From a virus, in IMG/VR virus record IMGVR_UViG_3300035454_001750: DNA of 64,000 nt. One strand, written 5' to 3'. The translations under genes and the position numbers were made by a program. Of this stretch, positions 17,487 through 25,901 are shown piece by piece. Under the pieces are notes generated by a model. It was given only the letters and a program-made list of their open reading frames with translations. It searched no databases and was not told the origin of the DNA. How positions within the stretch are numbered: position 1 is the stretch's first letter; every line of letters starts with the position of its first letter.

Positions 17487-19208
17487 TCATTTTTTAATTT
17501 TTCTGTAAGAATTTACTAATGACATAAATACACTAATATCTTGATAAGTTTCCCCATCAAGCACTTCACTAACAACCGACTCTTTTTCTTTCAATAATGA
17601 AAGTATTTTTTCCTCGATTGTATTTTGCCCAACCAAAATCCATGCTGTAACCTGATGCACCTGTGTAATACGGTGAACACGGTCAATAGCTTGATTTAAT
17701 ACGGAGGGGCTCCACGGCAGTTGGGTGATCGCTACATTAGAAGCAGCGGTCAGAGTAAGCCCGACACCACCGGCTTTTATGTTCGCAATCATTAACTGCA
17801 CATTTGGGTCTTTTTGAAATGAATCAACCGCTTTTTGGCGGTTTACACCAGATACACTACCGTCAATCTTTACAGCTTTTGGGAAGTGTTTCATCAGGGC
17901 ATTTACAATTTTTTTATGAATTGCAAATAGAACCAGTTTTTCACCGGTTTCAAGGAAAGTTTCCACCCAATTGATAATCTCTTTCAATTTGCCTTCAACA
18001 GCAATTTGTTTAAGATGTTCAATTTGGGCAAGAACAGGAGCGGCACCTACCTTTTCAATTTTTAATTCTTTCAGGTTTTGAATTTCAATTTCGCTTAAAT
18101 CATCCGATGTTTCAATTTTGTGGCGTTTAGCAAAATTTTTCAATTCTTGCTTCAAATCATCATTCAAATTAGCACCGTACCTATCCTGAATAAATTTAAT
18201 GAACTCATTTTCAGCTTTTAAATATTCAGGCCGATTATCAATTTGTATTGGTACGGTTACGATTTGTTTTGAAGGCAGCTCTTTTAGCACATCTGCTTTT
18301 TTACGCCGGATCATAATTGTTTGTTTCAATATACGATTTAACTCAAGCGTATCTGTTGCACCTGTTGTATCCAGCCCACCATAAATATTCCTTCTTGCAC
18401 CACAAAAGCGGTGTAAGTATGAATAGTAATTTGGAAACAAATCAGGTTGAATCATAGAAATAATATTGTACAATTCAACAGGTCTATTTTCAATAGGTGT
18501 GCCAGACAAAGCTACAATACGTGGAATGTACTTATTCAGTAATTTAACCGCTTTAGTACGTTGAGCAGACGGGCTTTTAGTGTAATGCACCTCGTCCACT
18601 ACCATACATTCAAACTGGTATTTTTTCAACGTATGTCTCCAATCATGTACAATTTCATAATTGATGATGACAATATTTGTCTGTTTGAATTTGTACGGTG
18701 TGCGACCTTCTAATACAGTAACCTCAGCACCATGAACCCATTTCAGAGCCTCACGTTCCCAGTTCAATTTTAAACTGGAAGGGCAAATTATCAGTACAGG
18801 ACGGATTTTTGGGTTAATATCCATCCATGCAAGGGCTTGGACAGTTTTACCCAAACCCATTTCATCGGCAATCAAGGCACGTCCGGCCTTTTCTTGAATA
18901 AACCTTACACCCTGTTTCTGATAATCATAGAGTGTAAGTCCATTTTTAAGGCGTGGGATTTCTTTTTTGTGTGACACTGGCAAAACGGCATCTTCTCGCC
19001 AATCTAACAGGCCATTACTTAATTCGAAATCCCATTTTTTCAACAGGGCAATAACCTCTTTTGATACTGGCACCTCCCAATTACCATCGTACCTGATATG
19101 CACATTTGCCAATCTGGAAATGTTATTTAGGGAGGTAGTATCCTTCATTGGAAAGGTGATGATTATAACTTGCCGGTTTTTATCCAGCTTTGCAGTTTTC
19201 CATATCAT
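17487..19208 (-). CDS. SNF2-family helicase
   Basis: ADEMGLGKT, DEVH, SGTPIEN, GVGLTL, QAIDRVHRI. Start refined by ATGA overlap. Confidence 0.93.
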   Translation of the reverse strand: MIWKTAKLDKNRQVIIITFPMKDTTSLNNISRLANVHIRYDGNWEVPVSKEVIALLKKWDFELSNGLLDWREDAVLPVSHKKEIPRLKNGLTLYDYQKQGVRFIQEKAGRALIADEMGLGKTVQALAWMDINPKIRPVLIICPSSLKLNWEREALKWVHGAEVTVLEGRTPYKFKQTNIVIINYEIVHDWRHTLKKYQFECMVVDEVHYTKSPSAQRTKAVKLLNKYIPRIVALSGTPIENRPVELYNIISMIQPDLFPNYYSYLHRFCGARRNIYGGLDTTGATDTLELNRILKQTIMIRRKKADVLKELPSKQIVTVPIQIDNRPEYLKAENEFIKFIQDRYGANLNDDLKQELKNFAKRHKIETSDDLSEIEIQNLKELKIEKVGAAPVLAQIEHLKQIAVEGKLKEIINWVETFLETGEKLVLFAIHKKIVNALMKHFPKAVKIDGSVSGVNRQKAVDSFQKDPNVQLMIANIKAGGVGLTLTAASNVAITQLPWSPSVLNQAIDRVHRITQVHQVTAWILVGQNTIEEKILSLLKEKESVVSEVLDGETYQDISVFMSLVNSYRKIKK

Positions 19209-19477
19209 AATCCAAATAATGTTTTTAGGATGAAATCGACAATACTTTCCCCTGTCATTGCAAACAGGAGGATGAAGAAGAACACAACGGCACTCCAAAC
19301 CATTTTCATATCAATAAAATTGTGTCGCAAAACCCAGAAAGAATTTCCAGATTCTTTGAAACGAATCAAATAAGACTCATTGTCTTCCCCAATAACATTG
19401 TACGTTCTTCCAATTTTGCAAGGGAACAAATGTTGAAAGTTTGCTCCTTTTTTGCCAATACAAAGTACTTTTTTCAT
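19205..19477 (-). CDS. Hypothetical membrane protein
   Basis: C-terminal hydrophobic helix; directly follows element A. Confidence 0.65.
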   Translation of the reverse strand: MKKVLCIGKKGANFQHLFPCKIGRTYNVIGEDNESYLIRFKESGNSFWVLRHNFIDMKMVWSAVVFFFILLFAMTGESIVDFILKTLFGL

Positions 19478-19519
19478 AATCTTTAATTTTTTGACATATT
19501 TCTGGCATCATTGCCATTG

Positions 19520-19572
19520 AACCTTGCAGGGGAATCGAACCCCTGCTAAGTTCCTCCGACAGGAACAAGGTT
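19520..19572 (-). ncRNA. Anticodon-less tRNA-like element A
   Basis: AACCUU/AAGGUU closing stem; GUUCCU-GUCGG-AGGAAC arm; GCAGGGG-UUCGAUU-CCCCUGC T arm. Confidence 0.75.
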
Positions 19573-19849
19573 ATAAAATCCAACCTTCTGAATAAGTAAA
19601 GATTAATTTTTGATTACTTAAATCAAAAATGCTTAATACACAATCACAACCATCTCCATTTTTTGTGAAGAGATGATATTTCATGGTATCAATATCAGAA
19701 TGAAATTCTTTGTCAATATCGTAAGAATACTTTTTTATCAAGTTTTTTAAAATATCTTGAACAATTTCTTCTTCTTCAATTTCACACTTAATCTCAGGGT
19801 CTTCTAAGTATCGTGTGTATTTTTCTACTGTTATTCCCCACTTTTCCAT
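19571..19849 (-). CDS. Hypothetical protein
   Basis: ORF in operon orientation. Confidence 0.65.
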   Translation of the reverse strand: MEKWGITVEKYTRYLEDPEIKCEIEEEEIVQDILKNLIKKYSYDIDKEFHSDIDTMKYHLFTKNGDGCDCVLSIFDLSNQKLIFTYSEGWIL

Positions 19850-19852
19850 TTT

Positions 19853-20677
19853 TTATTCCATTGAATCAAGGATTTCACCAGCTTTTTCCGCCATTTCTTG
19901 CCGTAATTTATTGTTCCAACGAATACGATCAGGATCAACAATAAGCAAATTTAATTTTGCTTGTATTTCTTTTACTTTTGGGTCATCATTGAAGTTTAGT
20001 ATTGGAATTAACTCAACAAGATTTTGAATATTACCAATAAGGGAATCACGAAAGATTTTATCCTTTTCAGATAAAACTTCTTTCATTTTTTGTACGACAT
20101 CCCGGGCACGTTCAATAATAGAAGAAGTTGCTTTTTGTACTCTCGAGGTAACTTCCCCTTCTATTTGGGTACGCATCATGTTTACCATATCATTAGAAAC
20201 ATTGAGACGAAAATCTTCTGCTTCTGCTACAGGCATAAAAATTGTACGCAAATCAAATTTTCTGCGTACAGTACTTTCATGAGGGTAATCCGTTTCTTTG
20301 TATAAGCTACCTAACCTGAATTTAGCTTCTTCTTTTAGTTGAACATACTCTTGTACAAATTGTTCTACTAACTGTTCAAATTGGTATTTAACGGTGCTTA
20401 TTTCGGAAATATAGCGGAAATAACTTTCAGTTGAAAGAATACGATCCCCGTTGTCTCCCCACGGAAGAGTATGTTCATAATGAATGTTCCGTGCTTTACT
20501 TGCCATACTTTGAATTTCTTTCAGAGTTTCGGACTTAATCAGTATTTTATTGAACCTTCCGGCTTCGTGGGCATTGTGAAATTCTTCAACTTCTTTTGTT
20601 GCTTTTTCATCATATTTACGTGCTCCCCATTGTGAAATTGTAAGGTTCACGATCATAACTTTATCTTTCAGTGACAT
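19853..20677 (-). CDS. DUF3150-like helical protein
   Basis: LTISQWG, TLPWGDNGDRIL, DYP; usual neighbour of phage AAA/VWA pairs. Confidence 0.6.
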   Translation of the reverse strand: MSLKDKVMIVNLTISQWGARKYDEKATKEVEEFHNAHEAGRFNKILIKSETLKEIQSMASKARNIHYEHTLPWGDNGDRILSTESYFRYISEISTVKYQFEQLVEQFVQEYVQLKEEAKFRLGSLYKETDYPHESTVRRKFDLRTIFMPVAEAEDFRLNVSNDMVNMMRTQIEGEVTSRVQKATSSIIERARDVVQKMKEVLSEKDKIFRDSLIGNIQNLVELIPILNFNDDPKVKEIQAKLNLLIVDPDRIRWNNKLRQEMAEKAGEILDSME

Positions 20678-20707
20678 AATGTTTTTTGTTTTTAAATTAC
20701 TAAATTA

Positions 20708-21829
20708 CTAAATAAAAATAACATTTCCAAATTCCATTTTGAATGTAGGGTTGTCATAAACGATCCAAATAGTATCATATTCCGGTTCTGTGGGTTTTTG
20801 CCGACAAAAACCATCCGTAAAGTACACCAATGCCTTCGTATCAGGCAGGTTTTCCGTTACATAATCGAATGTTGGTTGAAAACGTGTTCCACCACCACCG
20901 ATAGGTACAATCGCACTGTCCTGTTCCAATTCTTCAACTTTCCGCACTTCACTATCACAATGGATAACGGTTACAGGAAGATTAAACAATTTCATAGCCT
21001 CTTTCAATTCAGCGATCACCTTTGCAAGTAATCCCGTGTTCATTGATCCACTTGTATCTATCACAAATACAATCCTTCCTAATTCCAACGAATGAAGAGA
21101 AGGAAGATACAATCCCATTTGCAGGTATTTGTAATTTGGACGAGTCCATGTATAATCATTTTTGGCTCTTTCAGCAAAATACTTTTGCAGCAATTCCCAC
21201 CAGTTTTTCTTCGGTTCTAACAGTTCTTTTATTGCTTTTTCAAAAGCACCGTTAATCCCTTTTCCGGCTTGTTTTGCAGCATTCATGGCTTGAATAGTAG
21301 TTTCTTTAGCTTCTGCTTCAGTAACTTGTTCTTCACCATCTTCAGGTTCTTCAACTTTGCCCCAATTCTGTGGGGCATTGTCATCCGATTTACCACTCCC
21401 TTTTTCATCTTGCTGTGGTTGTTTTTCCTCTTTACCTTCTTCTTTTTCAAGTATCTGGTAAACTTGTTCAGCATTCAGGCCATTGAACCGTGGATCATAT
21501 AAACAATTTGATGGGAGTTTCAATTTGTTTTCCATCAAAATAGGATTGATTACGTAATCACACGCTTTATTCCACCTGTCCTGCTCTTTTCCTTTACCAC
21601 GAGCATGATGACCGAGGGAGTAATGCAATACCTCATGCGCCAGTACACCGACACATTCCTCCAACCGTAAACTTTTTACGAACGTGGGACTGTAACGTAT
21701 TGCTTTTCGTGAAATTGACATTGTTCCAACCTTTTCATCTTCAATATACTCCATACGGAGAGCAATTTGAGCAAAGAATGGATGGTTCAATATCAAATTC
21801 ATTTTTGCTTTTTTCAGCATACTACACAC
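20708..21829 (-). CDS. Metallopeptidase-like + VWA domain protein (DUF2201-like)
   Basis: HEVLH zincin motif, WNKACDYVIN, MIDAS DTSGS, GGGT, YFTDG. Confidence 0.9.
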   Translation of the reverse strand: MCSMLKKAKMNLILNHPFFAQIALRMEYIEDEKVGTMSISRKAIRYSPTFVKSLRLEECVGVLAHEVLHYSLGHHARGKGKEQDRWNKACDYVINPILMENKLKLPSNCLYDPRFNGLNAEQVYQILEKEEGKEEKQPQQDEKGSGKSDDNAPQNWGKVEEPEDGEEQVTEAEAKETTIQAMNAAKQAGKGINGAFEKAIKELLEPKKNWWELLQKYFAERAKNDYTWTRPNYKYLQMGLYLPSLHSLELGRIVFVIDTSGSMNTGLLAKVIAELKEAMKLFNLPVTVIHCDSEVRKVEELEQDSAIVPIGGGGTRFQPTFDYVTENLPDTKALVYFTDGFCRQKPTEPEYDTIWIVYDNPTFKMEFGNVIFI

Positions 21830-22865
21830 TCATTAATTCGTTTGCATTTTGAGAAGCCCACTGAATGAAAGCCATGTTATTTGCGATAGAAGGGCATTTT
21901 GTCATTCCATCTTTCATCATAGCCATCAACAATTCATCCCTGCGTAACCGTTTCATGTAAGTTATCATTTCACCTACATTTGCACTGCTCAGGTTTTCAA
22001 CAATCATTCCCATCACGGCAAATTGTCCGCTGATTTCATTTGGGATTGAAGCGGAATACGGATCAGACTCAATTTGTGAAATGGTAGGAAGTGTGAGATA
22101 TACATTACAGTATGCCTGAAATTCAACCGTGAAAGATTCTCCAACACAACCTTTGTACGCCTCAAAACGTACTTCTTTCGGGACACGGTCATTGATCATG
22201 CGCCCTAAAGAAGCAATCGTGCGGGGACAATATGAATTTTCAATGTCTTTGTTCTTTGCCGCATTTTCATCCAGCAAGTACTGAGGTTTAAACCTCAAGA
22301 AGCTAATCAATTGATGTGGCATTCCATTTTGAATTGCCCATTCACACCAATCATCAATGTGAGGTTCAAGTTGAACGATGGATTGGAATCGGGAACGAAC
22401 AGGAAGCAGAATGCCTCCTACATTTGCGGCATCTTCACGCCGATTTGTAGCAGCAACAAAAATAACATTTTCACTGATACGTTGTCCATCCAATTCACGA
22501 GCGAGCAGTAACTGCATATATGCTGCTTGAACAGCCGGTGCAGCTTGTCCTAAATCATCAATGAAGACAACCAAAGGACGCTTTGCATTTATCATTTGTT
22601 TGATATTAGCAAGTGGAAGAGTTTGCACTTCAAACGTTCCCATTGGATTTTGAATAACCCACGGAATTCCACTTGCCTGAGTAGGATCTTGTACGGCTGG
22701 GTGTACAATCATTAAATCATACGGGGAACCGTCAGTATGCAAGCAGCTATAAGCAGCCTGCGTCACAACATCCGATTTTCCAACACCGGGAGCTCCTTTT
22801 ATAAGCACCTGATGACCATTCTTGAATGCAAATTCAAGAAGGATTTTCAATTGTTTTGTTCTCAT
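21822..22865 (-). CDS. MoxR-like AAA+ ATPase
   Basis: GAPGVGKS, FIDDLGQA, AATN, PRT. Confidence 0.9.
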   Translation of the reverse strand: MRTKQLKILLEFAFKNGHQVLIKGAPGVGKSDVVTQAAYSCLHTDGSPYDLMIVHPAVQDPTQASGIPWVIQNPMGTFEVQTLPLANIKQMINAKRPLVVFIDDLGQAAPAVQAAYMQLLLARELDGQRISENVIFVAATNRREDAANVGGILLPVRSRFQSIVQLEPHIDDWCEWAIQNGMPHQLISFLRFKPQYLLDENAAKNKDIENSYCPRTIASLGRMINDRVPKEVRFEAYKGCVGESFTVEFQAYCNVYLTLPTISQIESDPYSASIPNEISGQFAVMGMIVENLSSANVGEMITYMKRLRRDELLMAMMKDGMTKCPSIANNMAFIQWASQNANELMSV

Positions 22866-22907
22866 TTTTTCAATTTTTGACACATTTCTGAGCAATTTTG
22901 CTCATTG

Positions 22908-22953
22908 AACCCTGAGCCGGTAACGATCCGGCTCTACGTTCCAAAACAGGGTT
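22908..22953 (-). ncRNA. Anticodon-less tRNA-like element B
   Basis: AACCCU/AGGGUU closing stem; GUU-UUGG-AAC arm; GAGCCGG-AUCGUUA-CCGGCUC arm; compensatory changes relative to element A. Confidence 0.7.
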
Positions 22954-23089
22954 AAACTGCGACAGGTTTTCCTAAACGGGGATAGTTCTTTTTTTGATAG
23001 CGAACAGCCTGATCATAGGCTCCACCGGATGTTTTGGATTGGAAATTGAATTTCCTTTTTCCAATCAGGAAAGAATAAGTCTTTTTCAT
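22952..23089 (-). CDS. Small basic ORF (~45 aa, not in track)
   Basis: MKKTYSFLIGKRKFNFQSKTSGGAYDQAVRYQKKNYPRLGKPVAV after an AT-rich leader; its stop overlaps element B. Confidence 0.5.
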   Translation of the reverse strand: MKKTYSFLIGKRKFNFQSKTSGGAYDQAVRYQKKNYPRLGKPVAV

Positions 23090-23474
23090 AATGTTTTAAT
23101 TTTTTTGAGATTAATAAATGTAAGGACGTGGATCTTCCGATTCCCCAAATAATGTTCCGTTTTTCATCGCTACCCATGAAACAATCCTTTCCTTTTTATA
23201 TTGGAATGGATAAACTTCACGTTTGAAGTTTTCTACGGATTTGATAGCGGTAACTTCAGGGGGAACCTTCGTTTCCAAATTCTAAAACGGCGGACAATTC
23301 ACCTGAGATTTTAGTTTTCTTTTTCATTTTCAGCCAGTTTTTTGATTGCATACTCCGAAAGATCGTTGATCTGACAAAGCATTTCATTTTTAGTAATGAA
23401 TCCCATTTCATAGTTAGAAAGGATTTCATTGAGCAGATTTTTAAATTTTTCGTATTCCATTTCGTTTTTAATTT

Positions 23475-23681
23475 TTAGTTTTCAACTATTCTTCCGAGAA
23501 TCATAAGGAAACAAGCCATGAACAGGATTCCAGTGATAGATTCCATGTGATCTGTTGTTCCTAACCAAAAACCAACAAATATTCCAATGATTGAAAATAC
23601 TCCAATGAGTGCTGCAATGAACATGATAAGGTAACCCATTTTTTCATGGTCATCTTCAAATTTAATTTCATACTTTTCCAT
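23475..23681 (-). CDS. Small membrane protein (2 TM)
   Basis: Two hydrophobic helices; immediately downstream of hammerhead 1. Confidence 0.7.
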   Translation of the reverse strand: MEKYEIKFEDDHEKMGYLIMFIAALIGVFSIIGIFVGFWLGTTDHMESITGILFMACFLMILGRIVEN

Positions 23682-23704
23682 TTTGTTTTCAATTTTTAAT
23701 TTTT

Positions 23705-23774
23705 GACACTGACTTTGTCCTGTTAAAATGAACAGGACAAAAGTTTCGGCTCATAAAGCCATCATCAGAGTGTC
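23705..23774 (-). ncRNA. Type I hammerhead ribozyme HH1
   Basis: GACACU-CUGAUGA-U-GGCU(UUAUG)AGCC-GAAA-CUUUUGUCCUGUU(CAUUUU)AACAGGACAAAG-UC-AGUGUC; GUC cleavage triplet. Confidence 0.92.
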
Positions 23775-23777
23775 TTT

Positions 23778-23969
23778 TTAATTTAATGAATAAACGAATG
23801 GAGGAATAAAATTCAACCAGCACAGTTGACATTTTTTCAAAGTAAAAAACCTTGGAAATTCACGGTCATACTCTAAACAGGATACAAGAAAGTTCCCGTT
23901 CCTTGTTTCAAGGATTTCCAACAGAATACCTATTGGATTTCCATTTTTCATTACAATTCCTTTTTCCAT
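23778..23969 (-). CDS. Small hypothetical protein
   Basis: Lies between element C and HH1. Confidence 0.6.
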   Translation of the reverse strand: MEKGIVMKNGNPIGILLEILETRNGNFLVSCLEYDREFPRFFTLKKCQLCWLNFIPPFVYSLN

Positions 23970-24009
23970 AAGATTAAATAATAAAAGGTGAGTATATATT
24001 TTAATTTTT

Positions 24010-24060
24010 GCCCAAAAGCAGGGACTCGAACCCTACTTAAAAATTACCCGATTTTTGGCC
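24010..24060 (-). ncRNA. Anticodon-less tRNA-like element C
   Basis: CCAA/UUGG closing stem (imperfect extension); AAAU-CGGGUA-AUUU arm; AAGUAGGG-UUCGAGU-CCCUGCUU T arm. Confidence 0.62.
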
Positions 24061-24143
24061 GTTTATACATTTTATGGTATAAACTACATTTTACCGGTAA
24101 AAGTTCGGGAAAACAGTGTGAAAACACCTGTCTAACAGTGTTT

Positions 24144-24338
24144 TTAACAAGTTTGAAAACACGGTTTCAGGGAACCAATACCAATGATAAAAATTCCTCC
24201 CTGCTTTGCCGTTTTTTTAAGCAATTTATATGCTTTTTCTGTTAACAACTCTTCACATTGTTCACCAGATAATTGGATCGGAGTGTTCCTATCTATAAAA
24301 ATAGTATAAACTGGAATATTCATTTTGTGATTTTTCAT
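24144..24338 (-). CDS. Small hypothetical protein
   Basis: ORF in operon orientation. Confidence 0.5.
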   Translation of the reverse strand: MKNHKMNIPVYTIFIDRNTPIQLSGEQCEELLTEKAYKLLKKTAKQGGIFIIGIGSLKPCFQTC

Positions 24339-24377
24339 AGTGATTGTTTATGATACATAATCGTAGAATTTAGGCAT

Positions 24378-24402
24378 AAAAAAAGGCTCAAAAGAGCCTT
24401 TT
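24378..24402 (-). terminator. Intrinsic terminator (possibly bidirectional)
   Basis: GGCTC-TTTT-GAGCC hairpin followed by T7 on the minus strand, right after the 24401..24820 stop. Confidence 0.8.
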
Positions 24403-24820
24403 AGTCCTTATGATAGGATTCTCCTTGTAATAACGCGACGATTTCGTTATTATACTTAACACTGAAAACGGGGAACATAGATTCTGTCATATCAAAGTTT
24501 TTTTGTTTTTTGATATGTTCAATAGTGAAAACCCTGCCTGTTTTCGTATCGATCGCGTCGGCAAAATATGGTAAAGTATAATTAATAAACACTTTGACCA
24601 TTTTCCCGTTTTTTAACATCGATGGGTAATTATCAACATCCCTGCGATTTTTGGGGATTTCAGAGGAACAGTCCAGACCATATCCAATATCGGCGGTCGG
24701 AAAAAGTACTGGATCCTCCGGCCTGCTAAATTTACTTGCCGGGATGGTGATTTGGCCTTTAAGGGCTTTTTCACCGTTTTTTCCTTTTTTGTAAAATCGT
24801 AAAATAAACATAACACACAT
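24401..24820 (-). CDS. Hypothetical early protein
   Basis: 139-aa ORF immediately downstream of HH2. Confidence 0.7.
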   Translation of the reverse strand: MCVMFILRFYKKGKNGEKALKGQITIPASKFSRPEDPVLFPTADIGYGLDCSSEIPKNRRDVDNYPSMLKNGKMVKVFINYTLPYFADAIDTKTGRVFTIEHIKKQKNFDMTESMFPVFSVKYNNEIVALLQGESYHKD

Positions 24821-24828
24821 TTTAGTTT

Positions 24829-24887
24829 GACATCGATTACCCTCCGGGGAGGGTAATTTCGGGTAATAAACTCCTCATCAGGATGTC
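24829..24887 (-). ncRNA. Type I hammerhead ribozyme HH2
   Basis: GACAUC-CUGAUGA-GGaGU(UUAUU)ACCC-GAAA-UUACCCUC(CCCG)GAGGGUAA-UC-GAUGUC; AUC cleavage triplet. Confidence 0.92.
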
Positions 24888-24898
24888 TTTTTGGCCTT

Positions 24899-25495
24899 TT
24901 AGTTAGCTACAAAGTTACCATTTTCAAGTACGGTCACCGGGAACCTTTTGTGAACAATTCCGGCCTGAGTATTGCAAGTCGATTTTGTGTAACCTTTTCC
25001 GCTCAAAAGGTCTTTAATGTCTTTTTTACTTGCACCTGCCTCCCCGGCCTCAACAATACAATTCCAAATTAATCCTGAAAGGGAATCTGCTGCCAGTTCG
25101 TCAGGATTTTGTACCATTTTAACGCTTTTCGGGGATTTTTCACCGTTTTTTACGGTAACATTTGTCCCGGGAACTTTTGGCAAGGTTTTCAAAAAGTCGT
25201 TGAAGATCTTTTTTACTTCATTGGTGTCCACAAACTCAGTGCCGTTTTGCATGCCGTTATAAAACTTGTTAACAAAATCGTTAACGAGCTTATTCACCTC
25301 AACTTTGTGGTTTGCAATCGCGGCGGCCTTTGCCTCAGCAGTTTCAACCTCCTTTGAGGTCTTTTTTGCAGTTTTAACCATATCGGTCAACTTTCCAGAA
25401 TTTTCAGCCAATAAACGGCCTTCTTCTGCGTTCAATACTTCACCGTTAAGGTGTTTAACCATAATCGCAGCCAATACTTCATTTTTCGTTTTCAT
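24899..25495 (-). CDS. First early protein; probable C-terminal winged helix
   Basis: C-terminus resembles that of 6996..7736; both contain LENGNFV. Confidence 0.75.
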   Translation of the reverse strand: MKTKNEVLAAIMVKHLNGEVLNAEEGRLLAENSGKLTDMVKTAKKTSKEVETAEAKAAAIANHKVEVNKLVNDFVNKFYNGMQNGTEFVDTNEVKKIFNDFLKTLPKVPGTNVTVKNGEKSPKSVKMVQNPDELAADSLSGLIWNCIVEAGEAGASKKDIKDLLSGKGYTKSTCNTQAGIVHKRFPVTVLENGNFVAN

Positions 25496-25535
25496 GATAA
25501 ATTATATTTATAAAGTTACGACGTTGTAACTTTGT

Positions 25536-25587
25536 AGGTATGGGAGGAATCGAACCTCCGCTGTGATCCATAATTATCAACATACCT
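25536..25587 (-). ncRNA. Anticodon-less tRNA-like element D
   Basis: 7-bp AGGUAUG/CAUACCU stem; UGAU-AAUUAUGG-AUCA arm; canonical 5-bp GGAGG-UUCGAUU-CCUCC T arm. Confidence 0.78.
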
Positions 25588-25603
25588 CCGGGAACATTAA
25601 AAA

Positions 25604-25883
25604 ATAGTAAAAGGTGACATAATAATATTGATCGTTCACTATCCACATAGTTAACATATTACCCAAACTGGAAGACCTGCCTTATTTCCCTACACTTAAC
25701 CTTCATTAACTTTATTATGTATCGTAACGACCTACCTGTCGCGTTCCCGTTACTACATATACCATAATAAACATAATGATCATCCAGTGTATGGTATTTA
25801 TACTTTAGTATAAACCCCTCCCAATGGAACCGGATAAAAGGGGATTAATATCTGATGACCCTGATCCGGTGACCTTTTACCAT
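25604..25883 (-). ncRNA. Candidate ~280-nt structured RNA
   Basis: No long ORF; 12-bp terminal helix plus several nested internal helices. Confidence 0.55.
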
Positions 25884-25901
25884 CTTGCAATGAACGTATC
25901 G

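Noticed and set aside
19377..19583. 68-aa ORF overlapping element A
   Set aside because: Overlaps both neighbouring genes out of frame and spans the RNA structure; likely spurious.
19520..25587. GGTTCGA T-loops as genuine tRNA genes
   Set aside because: Only 46-53 nt, with no anticodon arm and no CCA; reported as tRNA-like elements instead.
25852..25880. CTGATGA on the plus strand suggesting a third hammerhead
   Set aside because: No GAAA after a stem II and no stem III or cleavage triplet.
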